This document shows positions 24,926-39,074 of a DNA stretch of 64,000 nt, piece after piece; the first letter of the stretch is position 1, and each line of letters begins with the position of its first letter. The notes under the pieces were generated by a model that searched no databases, was not told where the DNA came from, and saw only the letters and a list, made by a program, of their open reading frames with translations. A program made the position numbers and the translations under genes. The DNA is from Gnetum montanum (lineage: Eukaryota; Plantae; Gnetophyta). The stretch lies in assembly GCA_015680685.1 (NCBI GenBank), contig MNCI01001928.1:1-64000 (forward strand). Direction: 5' to 3'.

Positions 24926-27086
24926 CTATAATCACAATAAGACCATGGATTAGCAATCATTGTATAACCTTAAAACAATTGGGATACCTTAACTCTTAAG
25001 GATGGTTATGCTTTGGCTAAGTTGTGATTATGGTTGATTTAATTGATCCAATTACCACTTATTAATGTATTTTCATTAATAAATCATCCCGAAGGATGTT
25101 GGAAGGGTTAACTTGTGAAAAAGTTGATGTTTATATGTTGTTAAGGTTATCAACCCTTTGGGAGAATTAGGAAAATTTTCAAAAATTTTCATCAAAACCT
25201 TAAGGTTTGCAGCCCCCATGATAAAGATCTTACCTTTGATAAGTGTAGGATCAAAAAATGGAATGATTTGAATAAACAGTTGGGAGGTGATGAGCTTTGG
25301 AAGGTTTTGGGCTCTGAAAAATTTCAAAAACTCCTCATGTGTTATGAGAAAATGATGAAAAATTGCAAAGTGTCTAACAGTATATATAGGGTTTTTGCAC
25401 TTCATTGACAAGGCCTAGTCGACTAGGGTGGATGCATCAATGGGGCCTCAATGATGCAATTGTTTACCACCATAGTCAAACTTTGACCTTAGTCAAACTT
25501 GCAAATATGAAGAGTTTTTGAGTGAAATTGGTGTCAAATGAAAGCTTAAAATATCAAGAATAATATGAAAACATGAGAAGAGGGTTTTTAAGCTCATAAA
25601 TTTTGGAAAAAAGAGAAAAATTAATTTAGTGGATGAATGAAATGAAAGATTAAGGAGCACTAAGGGATTTACTCAATGGAAAATGCAAAAGAATTTGGGT
25701 CCTCTCCATAGTAAGGTCATAGAGTTAGACCTTAACTAACCAAGCCAAGAGCTATGCAAGTGGGTCCTCTCCATAGTAAGGTCATGCCCTTTTTGCCCTT
25801 GCATAACCTCAACTAAGGAGTCCATGGGCCCCATAGTCGATTTAATGATCATGACAAGTTAAGGACCAACCTGAAAGAATCTACTCAAGAATCCCAACAC
25901 ATGAGACTAAGACATAGAGCATAACATAGAACCCAGTAGTGAGGTGATTTATGGTAGCATGGATGGATGATATAGAAGTTAGAATGAAGTTCCAGATTGA
26001 GGTCATAAGAAGTCCCTTGTGGAATTTGTGGTTAAAATGACCTGAGAAGTTCCATCCTTAGTTCAGACCAAAATCATACGCATTCAATGGCTTCTTATCA
26101 TCACTCAAAGACCGATCCACCCACTTGAGACACAAGAATGCTTCCATAAAACAACCACCATTCCAAAAAAAGAGGAAAAGAGAAGTAGGAAGTGAGAGAG
26201 AGGGCCTTAGTTAGAGGAGACCTTTAGGCATAGGTGCATGCCATTTGAGTCCCATAACTAGTGCTTGTAGCTTTTTTATTTGTCCAAGGGGTGTGCTTTG
26301 AATTTCCATTGTTTTTTTTATTTGTTTTATTTTTTTAATGGAAACCACACCATGTAATGACATTATTTGACTTTCTATTAGTGGTTGGTGTGGAACGGTA
26401 AGAAGTCAGTGAAAAACACTTAAGCACTCAAGTAAGTAGAAGAGTACAAAGAGTAACAAGTCCCCTTGAAGTCACATCCTTTACAAACCTTTGAATCTTT
26501 CCTAATTCTGGAACTACCAAGATCACTTATTAATTAAAAGTTTCTTTAATGAAAGGGACCTTAAATTTGCAAAACAAGGAAAGCCATAGAGTTCATTGGA
26601 TGGGTAGATGACATGGACTCACTTCCTATTTCATGACAAATTAAGCATGTCAAAGTAATCAGACATTAGAATTCAAAAATAGCAACCAGACATCGATAAT
26701 CACAACATTAAGCACAAACCATCATTAGTAAATAGTAACAACGACACTGTGTCCTGTGATAATAAAGCACTTTTTATTAGCAAACATGAGGAAATATCAC
26801 ACTTAAATTAAAACAAACAAAGTAAAATATATAAGAAAATGTAAAATAGTCAAGAAGGTTCAAAGGTACTAAAGATGGTGTAAAATTAGAAAAATTTGAA
26901 AAATCAAGAATTTGTAAAATAAATAATTTGTAAAAATAAAAAACATGAAAACAAAAAAGAAGAAAAAATGAGAATCCAATTTGATGGTTAGCATAGATGG
27001 CCATCTCCCCCATGACTAAGTTGGAAAGAGGAGATCCAAAAAATAGAATGTGGCTGTCCATCTGTTGAGGTGGCATTTACACTGGC

Positions 27087-30000
27087 CTATCTTAGTTCGA
27101 GGAAAGGCTTCACTTGTTGGATGTTGATCAACTACTTTTTATTTGGGCTTTTAGGTTTGTAGATTATCATGGCCCCAGAGGGAAAGGTTTGATCAATTAT
27201 ATAAGGTTCGTCTCCTATTGAAGGACCTTATCTCCTATTGAAGTTTTACTTTCCTAATTCTAAGGTCATGACGTTGCTTGCTGAATGCCTTGTTCACCTC
27301 ATTCAAGGATAGGGCTACTAATCAATTTTCATTTAACACATTTAGATTGATTAATCTTTCCTTCTATTTTAGACTTAAGTCAAGGTTTAGATCACAAGCT
27401 GTTGAGAGTGTACAAGGCTCAGATTGAATTGGGAGCATTGGAAGTTTCCTGTACATTAACTCGTAGGGAGAATAACCAATAGGAAGTTTCCAAGTTGAAC
27501 GATAAGCCCAAAGAGCATTGTTAAGCTTTGCACTCCAATCCTTCCTATACTTGCTAATGGCTGGTGTTAGTATTTTTGTAATATTCTAGTTGGTTACCTT
27601 TGCTTGACCATTGGCTTGGGGATCGTAAGGTGTTGTTAATTTATGTTCTACCCCTAAGTGTTACATTAATTTTCTAAATGTGACACATGTGAAATGAGTT
27701 TCATTATCAAAAATTAGTGAATGTGGCATCCCAGACTTATTCAGGATATTTTGTTGTATAAATTTGGTAGCACTAGATGATGTACAATCAGGAACGGCTA
27801 CTACTTCTACCCATTTTGTGTAGTAGTTAACTACTACTATAATATACACCTTTTTATTGGACATGGGTGTGATGGGACCTATGAAGTCAACACCCCATAT
27901 GTTGAAAGCTTCTAGTGGTTGAATCCACTGTTGAGGACCTTCCATGTGAGTGGTCATCCGCTCATCATGTTGATAACATTCACAAGACTTGACGAACTCA
28001 TGGGCATCATTAAAGATTATAAGCCAATAGTATCTTGCCTTCAGGATTTTTATGGACATGTGTCTCCCTACATAGTGGCCTTTGCAAGGCCCTTTGTGAG
28101 CATCTTGGAGAACGCATAATTAATCTTTGTCAAGGACACACCAACAGATTAGGCCATTGGAACACACCTTGTAAAGGTGTCCATTGATTTTCATGAAGTA
28201 TTTGGCCTGATGAAGGAATTTTTGCTTTTTTCTAAAATCCAAGTCTTGTGGCTTCTCTTGAGTGAGAAGATATGTGAGGATGCCATTATACCATATTTCT
28301 TTTTTAGGCATTTGATCACTTATTACTCCAGTAAAGAGGAGTTCGTTTGGAAACTGATCAGAGAGTGGGCTCTCCTCCTCTTTGTTATTCCATCTTAAGT
28401 GAGAGAGGTGGCTAGTGATCACATTCTTGATCCCTTTTTGATCTACTAGAGTGAGATCAAATTCTTGTAAGATCACAAACCATCATATGACATGAGGGCT
28501 CACCATTCACTTACTCATGAGGAAGCAAATAGCAATTTGGTCCATATGCACAAATACTTTGTAACCAAGCACATAGTACCTAAACTTTTCTTGTGTGTAT
28601 ACCACTGCCATTAGTTCTTTCTCTATGGTGGTGTAATTTAACTATGCTCCCATAATGCTTTGACTCATGTAGTGGATGTAGCATGGACATTTCTTATCGT
28701 TCATCTGTGTGAGTACTACTCCCAAAGCATAGTTATATGCATGTGTCATGCTATGAAAGGGTTTGGACTAATCTAGTGCTTGTAGGATTGGTGTTTCTAT
28801 GAGTTTCTTCTTTAATTATTGGAATGCGTGTTCACATTCATTGGTCCAAATAAAAAGTGCATCTTTCTTTGTAAGCTCTACCAATGACTTTGCGATCTTA
28901 GAGAAATTCTTTATGAATCGCCAGTAGGAACTAGTGTGTTCAAGGAATGGCTAGACATATTTAATGGTCTCTGGTTGACATGTTATTCCTTGGATGACCC
29001 TTATTTTTTCTAGGTCTACCTCAATCCCTTTCTATGAAATTTGGTGCCCTAGCACAATGCCCTCTTAGACCATGAGATGGCTCTTTTGCCAATTGAGCCA
29101 TAGGTTTATCTTTACACATCTCTTCAGTGCTTACTCAAGTTGGTCCAAGGCTTACTCAAATGTAGCTTCATAGGTGGAGAAGTCATTCATGAAGACTTCA
29201 ACACCACTACTAATTTGTGGTTGGAAGATATTAAGGACCAAGTGTTAAAATGTTGTAGGGGCATTGCATAGACCAAATGGCATCTTACAATATGCAAAAG
29301 TTCCCTAAGGGCTTGTGAATGTTATCTTGGCTTGATCTTTGGGTGCAATTTGGATTTGGTTATAGCCGCTTAACCATCCAAGAAACTATAATAATAATGC
29401 CCAGATATAGTGTCTAACACTTGATTTACAAATGAAAAAGGAAAGTCATCTTTAAATGTTGTCATATTCAATAGCCTGAAGTCAATGCAAACCCACCATT
29501 TACCATCCTTCTTTGGTATAATTACAAGTGGCCTAACCCACTCAGTATTCATAATTGGATAAATGAACCCTGCCTTGAGGACTCGTTCTATCTTCTCCTT
29601 GATAATTTGCTTCAATTTGGGGTTTAGCTGCCTCTGCGGCTGCCTGCTAGGCTTTATAGATGGGTCAGTGTAAATGTAATGTTGGCATACGCTTGGATCA
29701 ATTCTTGTTAGCTCTAGGTATGACCAAGCAAAGGCTGTTGACCATTTTTTCACCACTTTCAACAACTTTTCTTTTTGTGCAAAAGTAAGTTTTTTATTAA
29801 TTATGACTAGTTTACCATTCTTTAAAAATGCATATTTCATACCAGTTGGTAAATTTTTTAGCTCTAAGGACTCTTGCTTGAAGTGATTAGGGATTTTCAA
29901 CTCTCCCCAATAGGTATTATCATCTTCATTAAAGAGTTGGAAATGAACTTATTCAATTTTTTCCATGCCTTCAACATATGCACATGTTAAGCTCTTAGCT

Positions 30001-33000
30001 GGTTCCATGCATAGTGTGCTACTATTTGAATAAGCTATCAGCCACTAGGTATCCTTTTGCTTTGTGGTTGCTACGTACAGACACCTTTGAATATTGATCT
30101 CTTGCACACACTAATTGCATGCCTTAATGTATGTGCTTTTGATGGACCAAATCTTTTACACACAATTGCACCCATTATCGCTATATGTGATGCATGGAAT
30201 ATGCTTCTTCTCAATCTTGCCTAGCTCATTTTCCTTGGATATTTTTAAAGGTAGATCCCTTATACCCATTCTTGCATCAACCATGCTTAACCAAGCCCTT
30301 CCCATGATGATGGGGAAATCATTTTTGCAGTTGTCCACCTTGATTACTAGAAAATTAGTAGGATAGGACCACTCACAAAATATGGTCATAATGTCCTCTA
30401 CTAATCCTAGAGGGATAATAATTGATTAATCTACTAATTCTAGATGAATTTTACTCTTCTTTAGATGTGGTAGGTTCCAGGCCTTGTACATGTCATGGAA
30501 GATGAGATTAACTCTGAAACCAAAGTTAAGAAGAGCTTTGCATGGCTTATGTCTAGTAATTTGTAGATAAATGAGTGGACTTCCTAGGTTAGATTTTTTT
30601 GTAGGAAGATTACTAGCCTTGATCTAGTTAGAAATGACATGAGTTAACATTACAGTGCGGATCCAAGGCAGCACTTGGTTTGAAGGGCACTTGAAGGTAT
30701 TTGATGCAGAGAATAAGGGTGATGGAGATGCAGGGTGATTAGCTAGACTAGGTTGTGAGGGATAGAGAGGATTGTTGGGTTAGAAGAAAGGTCTTTTTCT
30801 TGATCTATTGTCTAGACCACTTGGCTGAAAAATAGGTTGTCAATGTATAGCCCTCGTAGCCTTTCATTGTTGTGGTTGTGGAGGAATTTCATCCTACATG
30901 GATGGAGTAGGAAGTAATTGGGTTGAAGGTGGAGGTGTATGTGCAGAGGGATGTAGAGGATGGTATGGATATGGATATGGATTTTCCCCTCAAGTAGATG
31001 GTGAATGTGTTTGGTGGTACTCTAGAGGATAATAGTGATGCTAGAATGATGCATGACTTGCATAACTTCTAGGGGAGACGGTTTGCTAAACATAGTACCT
31101 GTATGGATCTGGTTGCTTATAAGGGTACTACTACCTTGGGGGTGGCATTTCCCACAATTGTGGTTGGTACCATTGTTGGTATTGCTCATAAGGTTGTGGA
31201 GGAGTTCCACTTGGGTAGTAAGCTTGTTGTTGCTGGTGAAACTGTCTTGGACTACCTTAAGGGTAAGGCAATCATCTTGAAGCTTACCTACATGCTAGGT
31301 GAGGATTTAATGCATACACTCCAGACTCTTGTAAGTGTGACACTACAAGGCAACATCCCTTTGGATGTTCATATTGGCAAATGTCACATTTAGTTTCATC
31401 ATTAGAGTTAGACTCCGCAACTTTCTCTACTGCAGCAGCTTTGGCCTTACCTCTTTGGTAGGCACGTTTAGCTTCTTTTCACCTCTTGTGATTATGATTA
31501 CTATTTTTCTCTTTGGATTCTTAAACAATCTCCAAAGTGGTTTGAAATTTTTTGTCCAAAGAGTCCCATAACTTCTCAACCTTGGCCAAAATGTTAGAAA
31601 TATATTTTTGAATGGGCAAGGTCTTTTTGTTCACCACTTCATCAAGTGCTGACTCCTCCTTGTCACAAAATTGGACCTCTCATTTTTTGATGGATGGATC
31701 CCTATTATACTCTTTAGCACTTTCCCTTTTTCATAGCTCACCTTCTTCTTTTGCTGCTTGCTCAATTAGCCTTTGGTTTTGATGAGCTCTCATTTCAAAC
31801 AATCTTCCTTGGGCATACACCCCAAGGGTTCTTCTTATTTCTACTTTGAGCCTATCTATGGTATGGTGGAGTTGTTCCCTTTGAGAATAACCATGGCTAG
31901 GGCATCAATGTAAGAGTGAATAGTAGTGGCTCATGGTGGTGTCTAAGGGTTCATGTGCTCCTTGTTTTCAAACATGGATTTGCCTTCTCAAATTAGACAC
32001 TCTAGAGTACATATGATATTTTTCATTAAATAGTTCTAACATGGTACTTCATTTGTGGATAGATTTTGGCTCTAAGGACTGATACCAACTTTTAGCTTCT
32101 TTGATGAGTGTCCTTGGGAAAAGCTTGAGTTTCTACCACTTATTCTCTATGTTTTGTAAGGCATAGGCATCTTGAAAAGCTTGCAAATGTGTTTGTATAT
32201 TAGAGTTGTATCCCCCTTCAAATTTTGGGATATTGTTCATGTCTAGGTACTTGATTTGATTATCCTTTATATGCTTGGTTAGGATTTTCATTGCCTCTGC
32301 AATGTTGAGCATACTTTGAGTTGCCATTAGAGGTTCATCATCATCACTACATCTATGATGGCGATGATGGTTTTGGACACCCCTTTGATTTTGGTGGCCT
32401 TCACAATCATTGTTGTTTCACTGATCACCTTCATCATAGTTGTTTTGACAATAGTTTCCATGAGAACTGTTAGATGAAGAGGAATGTTTGGAATTGGATG
32501 ACGAGGAAGGTGGACTGCCACCACCACCATGGTGTCTGCCATCACTCTTACGTTTATTATGATCACCATCCTTAGATCTCTTGCTGTTGTGATGCTTTAT
32601 TATGATCACCATCCTTTAGATCTCTTGCTGTTGTGATGCTTATTTGAGTCCCTACCTTGGTTGTCACTTTTTCTTAAACCTAATTTATGAATAGTGGATT
32701 GCAAGTTCAAGTTCACACCATCACCATTAGTAACAAGGGGTGGAGAATATTCATGTTAAGATCCTTCAGTAGGAGGATCCTAAATGTCATCTTGATTTAG
32801 TAGGAACAAGGGACTGGTGTAATGTTTTCCCTTTGTAGCTTCATGGAGTTTTTCTTGATGTTGATCTTGTTTGTGTCGTGTTTCAGTAGGATAGTAGTTT
32901 CGAGTGTCATATCCATTCACAACGTATTCTTCATGAAGATTTGCTATGCCAAACTTCTTAAGGATCTTGAATAGCATATCGGGCATAGATCTATTAGGGG

Positions 33001-33163
33001 GAAAAACAACATTACCCTTCATATCATGCCATCATAGTTGTTCATCCTGATGTAGGATGAAGATGAAGTTTGACACAAACTCATCTAGATGAGTGTATAC
33101 CACCTTGCATTCTTGTGGAGTTGATGGTTTGGTATCCTCGTGCTTGCGAGAAGAAGAAGACAT
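27087..33163 (-). pseudogene. gag-pol of A1, disrupted
   Basis: gag MNNIPKFEGG (~32240); PR KALLNFGFRVNLI and FPIIMGRAWL (~30540-30290); RT WVRPLVIIPKKDGKWWVCIDFR, YSFLDG, PFGLCNAPTTF, VFMNDF; RH NYTTIEKELMAVVY; IN WGVDFIGP, YYTKWVEV, LIFDNETHF, ALWAYR. Confidence 0.93.
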
Positions 33164-33304
33164 TTTACAAAACAAAACAAAATAAAATTATTAGTGTGCT
33201 TTTATAATTCTATGTATAGTGGGAATGATATTGATCTTGAGGTTTGTACAATGATATTAATGATATTTACTTAGACCTAAGTAGTGCACATTCTACAAAA
33301 AAAT

Positions 33305-33322
33305 TCCCTAGCAATGATGCCA
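33305..33322 (-). promoter_or_regulatory. Primer-binding site of A1 (tRNA-Asp type, decayed)
   Basis: Minus strand TGGCATCATTGCTAGGGA versus canonical TGGCGCCGTTGCCGGGGA; all differences are transitions; 1 nt from the LTR. Confidence 0.85.
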
Positions 33323-33323
33323 A

Positions 33324-34262
33324 TGATGAGTGGCGAGGTACCCCTACACCCAACCATATGAATCACAAAGCATTCATGTGTGATCCAGTTGAATTTCATG
33401 GACTTTATTATTTCCAGTGGACTAGTCCTTTAGGAAGTGAATCTAGCCTTGAGGTCAATTATTGTCTTCCTAATTACACTTGTGACATTCGTTGGTATGG
33501 TTAAGTGTAACTGAGGCATTCGATTTTTATCATTTTTATGTTTTATATTTGGGTGCTTGAAATGTAGATAAAAGGAATTTGATTAACTAATCTAAGTTAA
33601 CTAATTAACTAATTATTTAACTAATCCTAACATAAGTATCCGTTCCCAATTTCTGTACATGTCCTAAACCCACATATCCATTGTTGGGCGACCAAGCACT
33701 ATGCTACTGGGCAAACCAAGCAATAACGTTGTTGGGATTACCAAGAAAATACATGTTACACTTGAAGCGATCGTACTTATGTGTGTAATCTATTTAGCTT
33801 AATTGCTTCATTAACATACTAATTGGAAAATAATTAATAACTAATTGAAAACATTTAATAAATAAGTAAGAACACTAAATGCATAAATGAAATAGATAAT
33901 CTTTTCAAAGTGCTGCAATGTTTATTAGAAAGCTCATCTTTATTACCACACACATTGTCGTGCTCAAGTACAACAATGCTTGAATAAAGATCCGTACACT
34001 CAATGGCTCCTGTTGCGGGCACTTGGAGGAAAAATTTTAACTTTCAAATGGAGAAAATGCAAGAGCTTCATTGCAACTCCAATCTCTACTTGCCATAAAT
34101 GCAGATACATGCATGTATTTATAGTTGACTGCAGGCACTACATCGATGGGGCCACGTTTATGCATGATATGATGAATTAACTAGGCCTCATCGATGAGGC
34201 CCAAATGATGAGGTTGCATTGACGAGGTTTCAATGACACAATTGATAGAACGTGACTCATCA
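33324..34262 (-). repeat. 5' LTR of A1 (939 bp)
   Basis: Colinear with 20913-21839 and adjacent to the PBS. Confidence 0.95.
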
Positions 34263-34310
34263 TTTATGATATCTTGAACATAATAAAAATTTCCAATTTC
34301 TAGTTTCTAG
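34263..34310 (+). mobile_element. 3' tail of the LINE split by A1
   Basis: TATGATATCTTGAACATAATAAAAATTTCCAATTTCTAGTTTCTAG closely matches the LINE end at ~5223-5267 (TGTGATTTCTTGGACATAATAAAAATTTCTAGTTTCCA). Confidence 0.75.
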
Positions 34311-34352
34311 TAATTATGGCAAAGCTCTTGTAGTATGATTTCGTAGTCTTAG

Positions 34353-35223
34353 TGATGAACCATATGTAAGTTAGCCATATCAATGCAGTTACGATAATGT
34401 AGGCTAACCTACATTAATATATAAATAATAAAGGCCTATATAAATGTATTAGCTACTATATTTATGATACTATTTAGTCATTAATGTAGTAAAGTTCTTG
34501 TAGTTTATTTTTGTAGAAGTTAGAATAGTCAACAAGTAGCCATAGTGTGAACTTGAATTAAATGATGAAATTTTATTCAAGTAATCTTGTACCTAGACAC
34601 AGTTCATAATGATAATAAGATCAAGATTAATTCACCTTTATTACAAAAATTTAACTTAGCTTAGAATTTACATTTAATGCAATTTATTTCCCATGCAACT
34701 AGAATAATGATTACTTTTCATAAGAATCTAGAATGATAATTTTACATGTCAATGCATGTTAAGCACATGGAATGAGTATGACTAAATCTAAGAATAAACA
34801 CATTACCATTTGGTAATCCTAATAATATTGTCACTTGGTATGCCTAGTAATAAACACTTGGTAATCTAGCAACGATAGTGTGAGTTCAAGATATGTATAG
34901 TGAGTTGGGAATGGATGCTCATTGCTTAGGCTATGCTAGACTAGACTCATTTCTTGCATTTAGACTAATTAGAATAATGAGATTTAATTTTAATATTTGA
35001 ATAATATTTTAATCATGGTCCATCAACATCATCCATCATGTGTCTTAGTTATACTTAACCATACACACAAAGGGCCATTTGAGTATAATTAGAAAGATAG
35101 TGACTTGCAGTCACACATAATGATCTAGAATAACTACTAGTCTAGTTTATGTCATATGATCAAGTTAGGTGTGAATGATTATGAATTGTATGATTGAGTG
35201 TAGGGGATACTTACTGCTCATTA
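34353..35223 (+). repeat. 5' LTR of A2 (approximate start)
   Basis: TGATGA at 34353 gives a length close to the A1 LTRs. The 3' end is defined by similarity to A1 and by the adjacent PBS. Confidence 0.6.
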
Positions 35224-38200
35224 TTTGTGTTATTATTAGGGATTGGTGCTAGCAACCTAGATTAGTGATATCATTTAAGATCATTGCTTGGACTTAACAA
35301 TTTATCCTTTGAAAAATATTTTTATTTTTATTAAAACACATACACTAATATCATAATGTCTTCTTCTTGCAAAGTTGATTTCCTACTTAATGATAACTCT
35401 ACAAGGGAAAATGATAGAACTAATAGGAATAGATATGATGTGTCCTATGAAAATGATAGAACTAATAGGAATAGATATGAAAGTTATCTACTAGTATTTG
35501 AATCCTTATTATTTGGAATTTACCTTTATTCTATACTAGGATGAAAAAATAAGATGGAGAGAGGTAGAAGGTAACATTATGTTACCAGTTAAACATGCAA
35601 CCCCATCAATGCTAATGGCAGCATTGATGAAGTTTGGATTAGAAGAAATCACCATTAAGTAGAATGTGATTGATGAAATCTCTAAATCTTATTGGCCTAT
35701 TGAGGTCAAAATTTGGAAAGAACATTTCATGGAAGCATGTTATAAAGTAAGAAATGGCAAGGGATCTACCATCCTATTGAATTCATAGTTTGAAAGGGAG
35801 GACACATATTATCAATTAGGGAGATCCAATAATTAAAATTCTTCACTTTTTAATGTAGATGAAATGAATAATTTTTTGCTACATTAATGTTAGTAGGCAA
35901 CTAAGAGAAGGGGAGAATAGGCTCTAATACTAAGAGGACCTCTAAACCTAGGTCTTCTTACAAGCTACCAAGAGACAATTAAAGGGGTTATGGTAGAAAA
36001 GAAAGCCATCATGGATCTTTCAATTCTTCATCCTTCTCATCATCCTCATCATCAAGCTCTAACAAGGATGAATGTAGTTAAAGATGAACAACTTGATGGA
36101 AAAAATAGAAGAAATCAAACTAAGAATAGAGATAGGTATGGTGATTGTGATCATGACAGAGATAGAGTCTATGGGAACAAACATGAAAGAAGGCACAATA
36201 GGTACTATAGAAGGGTTCATGGTCATGATAGAGACCATGATAAACATGAAGATTATGATGATCCCTTGCTTGCTACTAGAAGCATGATCAATATTAGGAA
36301 GGCTATTTATATTTTGACTAGGCATCAAAGGGATAATCACATCAAGTAACATAACATGAATAACTTTCCTAAGTTTGAAGGAGGTTACAATGATAATTTG
36401 AAACATCATTTGCACGTCTTCCATGATGGATGTGCCTTGCAAAATATAGAGAATAAATAAAAAAAAAAACTCAAAATGTTCCTAGGGATCCTCATAAGAG
36501 AAGTGGAAACCTAGCATTGATTCTTGAAACTATAATCTATTATGAAATGGAGTATAATGCTAGAGCTATTCAATGATAAATATCAAACATACTCTAGATT
36601 GTCTATCTTTAGAAAATAGATTGAAGGGTAGAACATTATAATCATGAATCACTTGATGCAACCTTAGAAAAGTACTATTCATTATTGCAAGGTGCTCAAG
36701 GCATGACCTTTCTTAAAATGAGAATTTAAGGCATATTATAGATGGGTTTAGAAACAAATGAAGAAACACACTTAGGATCTATGCCCAAGGGAGATTGTTA
36801 GAAATGATAGCTCATTAGATTCAAAGGTTGATTGACCAGGTAGCTAAAGGGAAAGGAGAGTTAAAGAAGAAAAACAACATACAAGAGTATAATAGAGATT
36901 TTTCTCTTTGTATCTACATGCTTATGATATAAGGGAGGATGAAGATCCAAAGAAGAAGATGATCCAACAAAAATCTTTGTCAATCCATAAATTAGTTTTA
37001 GATATTGCAACAAGGTTAGAAAAAATATAGGATTTTGTTGATGAAAAACTTACAACCACACTAAAAATAGTAGAGGAGGAAACAAGTATCCCCTTACATG
37101 AGATAAAGATAAGAAAGTAAAAAAGGAAATTGGAAAGGACATATACAAGCAAAAATATAAGGATGCTATTATGGAGGAGGTTGCTCACTCAGATTTAATT
37201 GATGATGATAAATATGACTTGTACTAGTAATAACACCATAAAAGATGTTGCCTTGTTATGTCACATTTATAGGAGTTGGGAGCATATACATTGAACCTAA
37301 AGTTCATCAAAAAGTAGATGCTTATAAGATTATCTTATCCACAGAGAAATTACAAGTAGTTCTATAATTAACAATACTATCCAAGTAGAGATCCACCTCA
37401 ACCTTAGGAGTAGTATTATCAGTAGTGGCAAAATTTACAGTTGTGGGGGATGTTATCACCAAGACAGTAGTATCCTTATAGGTAGCTAGATCCATATAGA
37501 TATTATGTCTAATAACTTATCTCACTTAGGGATGCAATTGCTCAAAATCACTCCTCCTCCTTCTATTACCCACTGGAATACCACAAGTCTTTTACTCCTA
37601 GAGACAAATTGTAATAACTTGTGTTTTTAATCCTCCTAACCTTTCCAACATGATCTAACTTCTCCTAAGAGTTTTTCTTAGTCATGATTCAAAGGTTTTA
37701 AGATATCTTCTATTTAATTGTTATAATCTCATATGTCTTCTATTATATTTCTAGAGGATTTGATCTTGTACCCTTGTCATAAATATTATAATAGAGCTAA
37801 ATCTTTTATAAATTTAATTTTCATATTTTTGGATTTATATTTGAAATTTACTAATTACTCAGTGATTTCCTGCTAAGAATAGGTTGGTATGATGGTCGCA
37901 CAAGTTGTGAATTGACAAATTAATATTTTGGAAAAATATTATCTTTCTATAAAAATTTCTCAAGCTTTATTCTATTTCTTGTTCAAGTGGATTTAGACTT
38001 TCTAATACCTACTGAACTCTTGGCTAGCTTTCTTAAGTATTGTGGAATTTATCAAATAGATATTCTATTACAAACCATTATTTCTTAATCGACTTGAAAA
38101 TCTTGGGGATTATGTATAAATTTAGGGTTATGTGATATGCATTCATTCTTCTCTATTCATTATTATCTCTTTTTTTTGATGACTTTTGGTATTCCTATGA

Positions 38201-39074
38201 TGGTTTAGTAGATCTAATCTTGTGTGTAGTAGGTTCTTCTAATTTATGAATGTAGAGCAACTAGTTTTTCAATTCCTGGTGCTTTCTTTCTTGAATTCAT
38301 TATGTTTTTCCCTATGAATTTATGATAGTATTCATGCATTTATGTTTTCAATTGTTTAATCAATTTTATGCTAGTTCTAATAAGTAATTTTACCTTTGTT
38401 TTTTTTCTAAGTTATACATTCTCCATTTTTTGTGATGCATTTTTGGTGGCATTTCATGCCATCATGATTTGTGGTGATAATACGACAAGTCGTGGTAAGG
38501 TGTTGATAGAAACCATAAGTTGTGGCGAGGTTATGATTTTGACTATGACTAGACCATGAGTCATGGTCTTCTAAAGGATCATAATCCTAAGTCATGATAT
38601 GTATCTTCCTAATTGTGGCATTCACCATGACTCATGATGATAGACCATGTCCTAACCATGGATTATGTTCATCTAGAAATGGATAGTGGTGAGTTTTATA
38701 AGTTACGGAAAAATCATGGTATCCATCATGAAATAATCATAAGTTGTGGTTAATCTTCCACTTCTAACCATAGGTTGTGATCAACTTTTGATCTCTAGTT
38801 TTTATCTATTTTATATAATTTTTACATCCTCTAGATCGTTCTTAGCCTTTGGTACCTTGATTTTTGTATTTTTCTAGCATTTGAACCCTTCAATTATGGA
38901 TTCAATGGGATTAATGGGTAGAAATTGTAAAGAGTCTAAGTTGGCCTCTAGAAATTAATCCACATTGCCTATGATTGTACACCAAGTAGTTGGGCTTGCA
39001 CATCAATTGATAGGCATCGTGAAGTATAGGGTTGGCTATCATACTTGATCCATGTTACCTATGATTGCACATAG

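Larger units (their letters stand above)
20913..34262 (-). mobile_element. Element A1: structurally complete, decayed Athila-like Ty3/Gypsy LTR retrotransposon (13.35 kb)
   Basis: Two LTRs TGATGAGT...ACTCATCA. TSD CTTAT (20908-20912) / TTTAT (34263-34267). tRNA-Asp-type PBS next to the right LTR; purine tract GTGGGGATA (- strand) next to the left LTR. Domain order gag-PR-RT-RH-IN, then an extra ORF. Confidence 0.95.
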
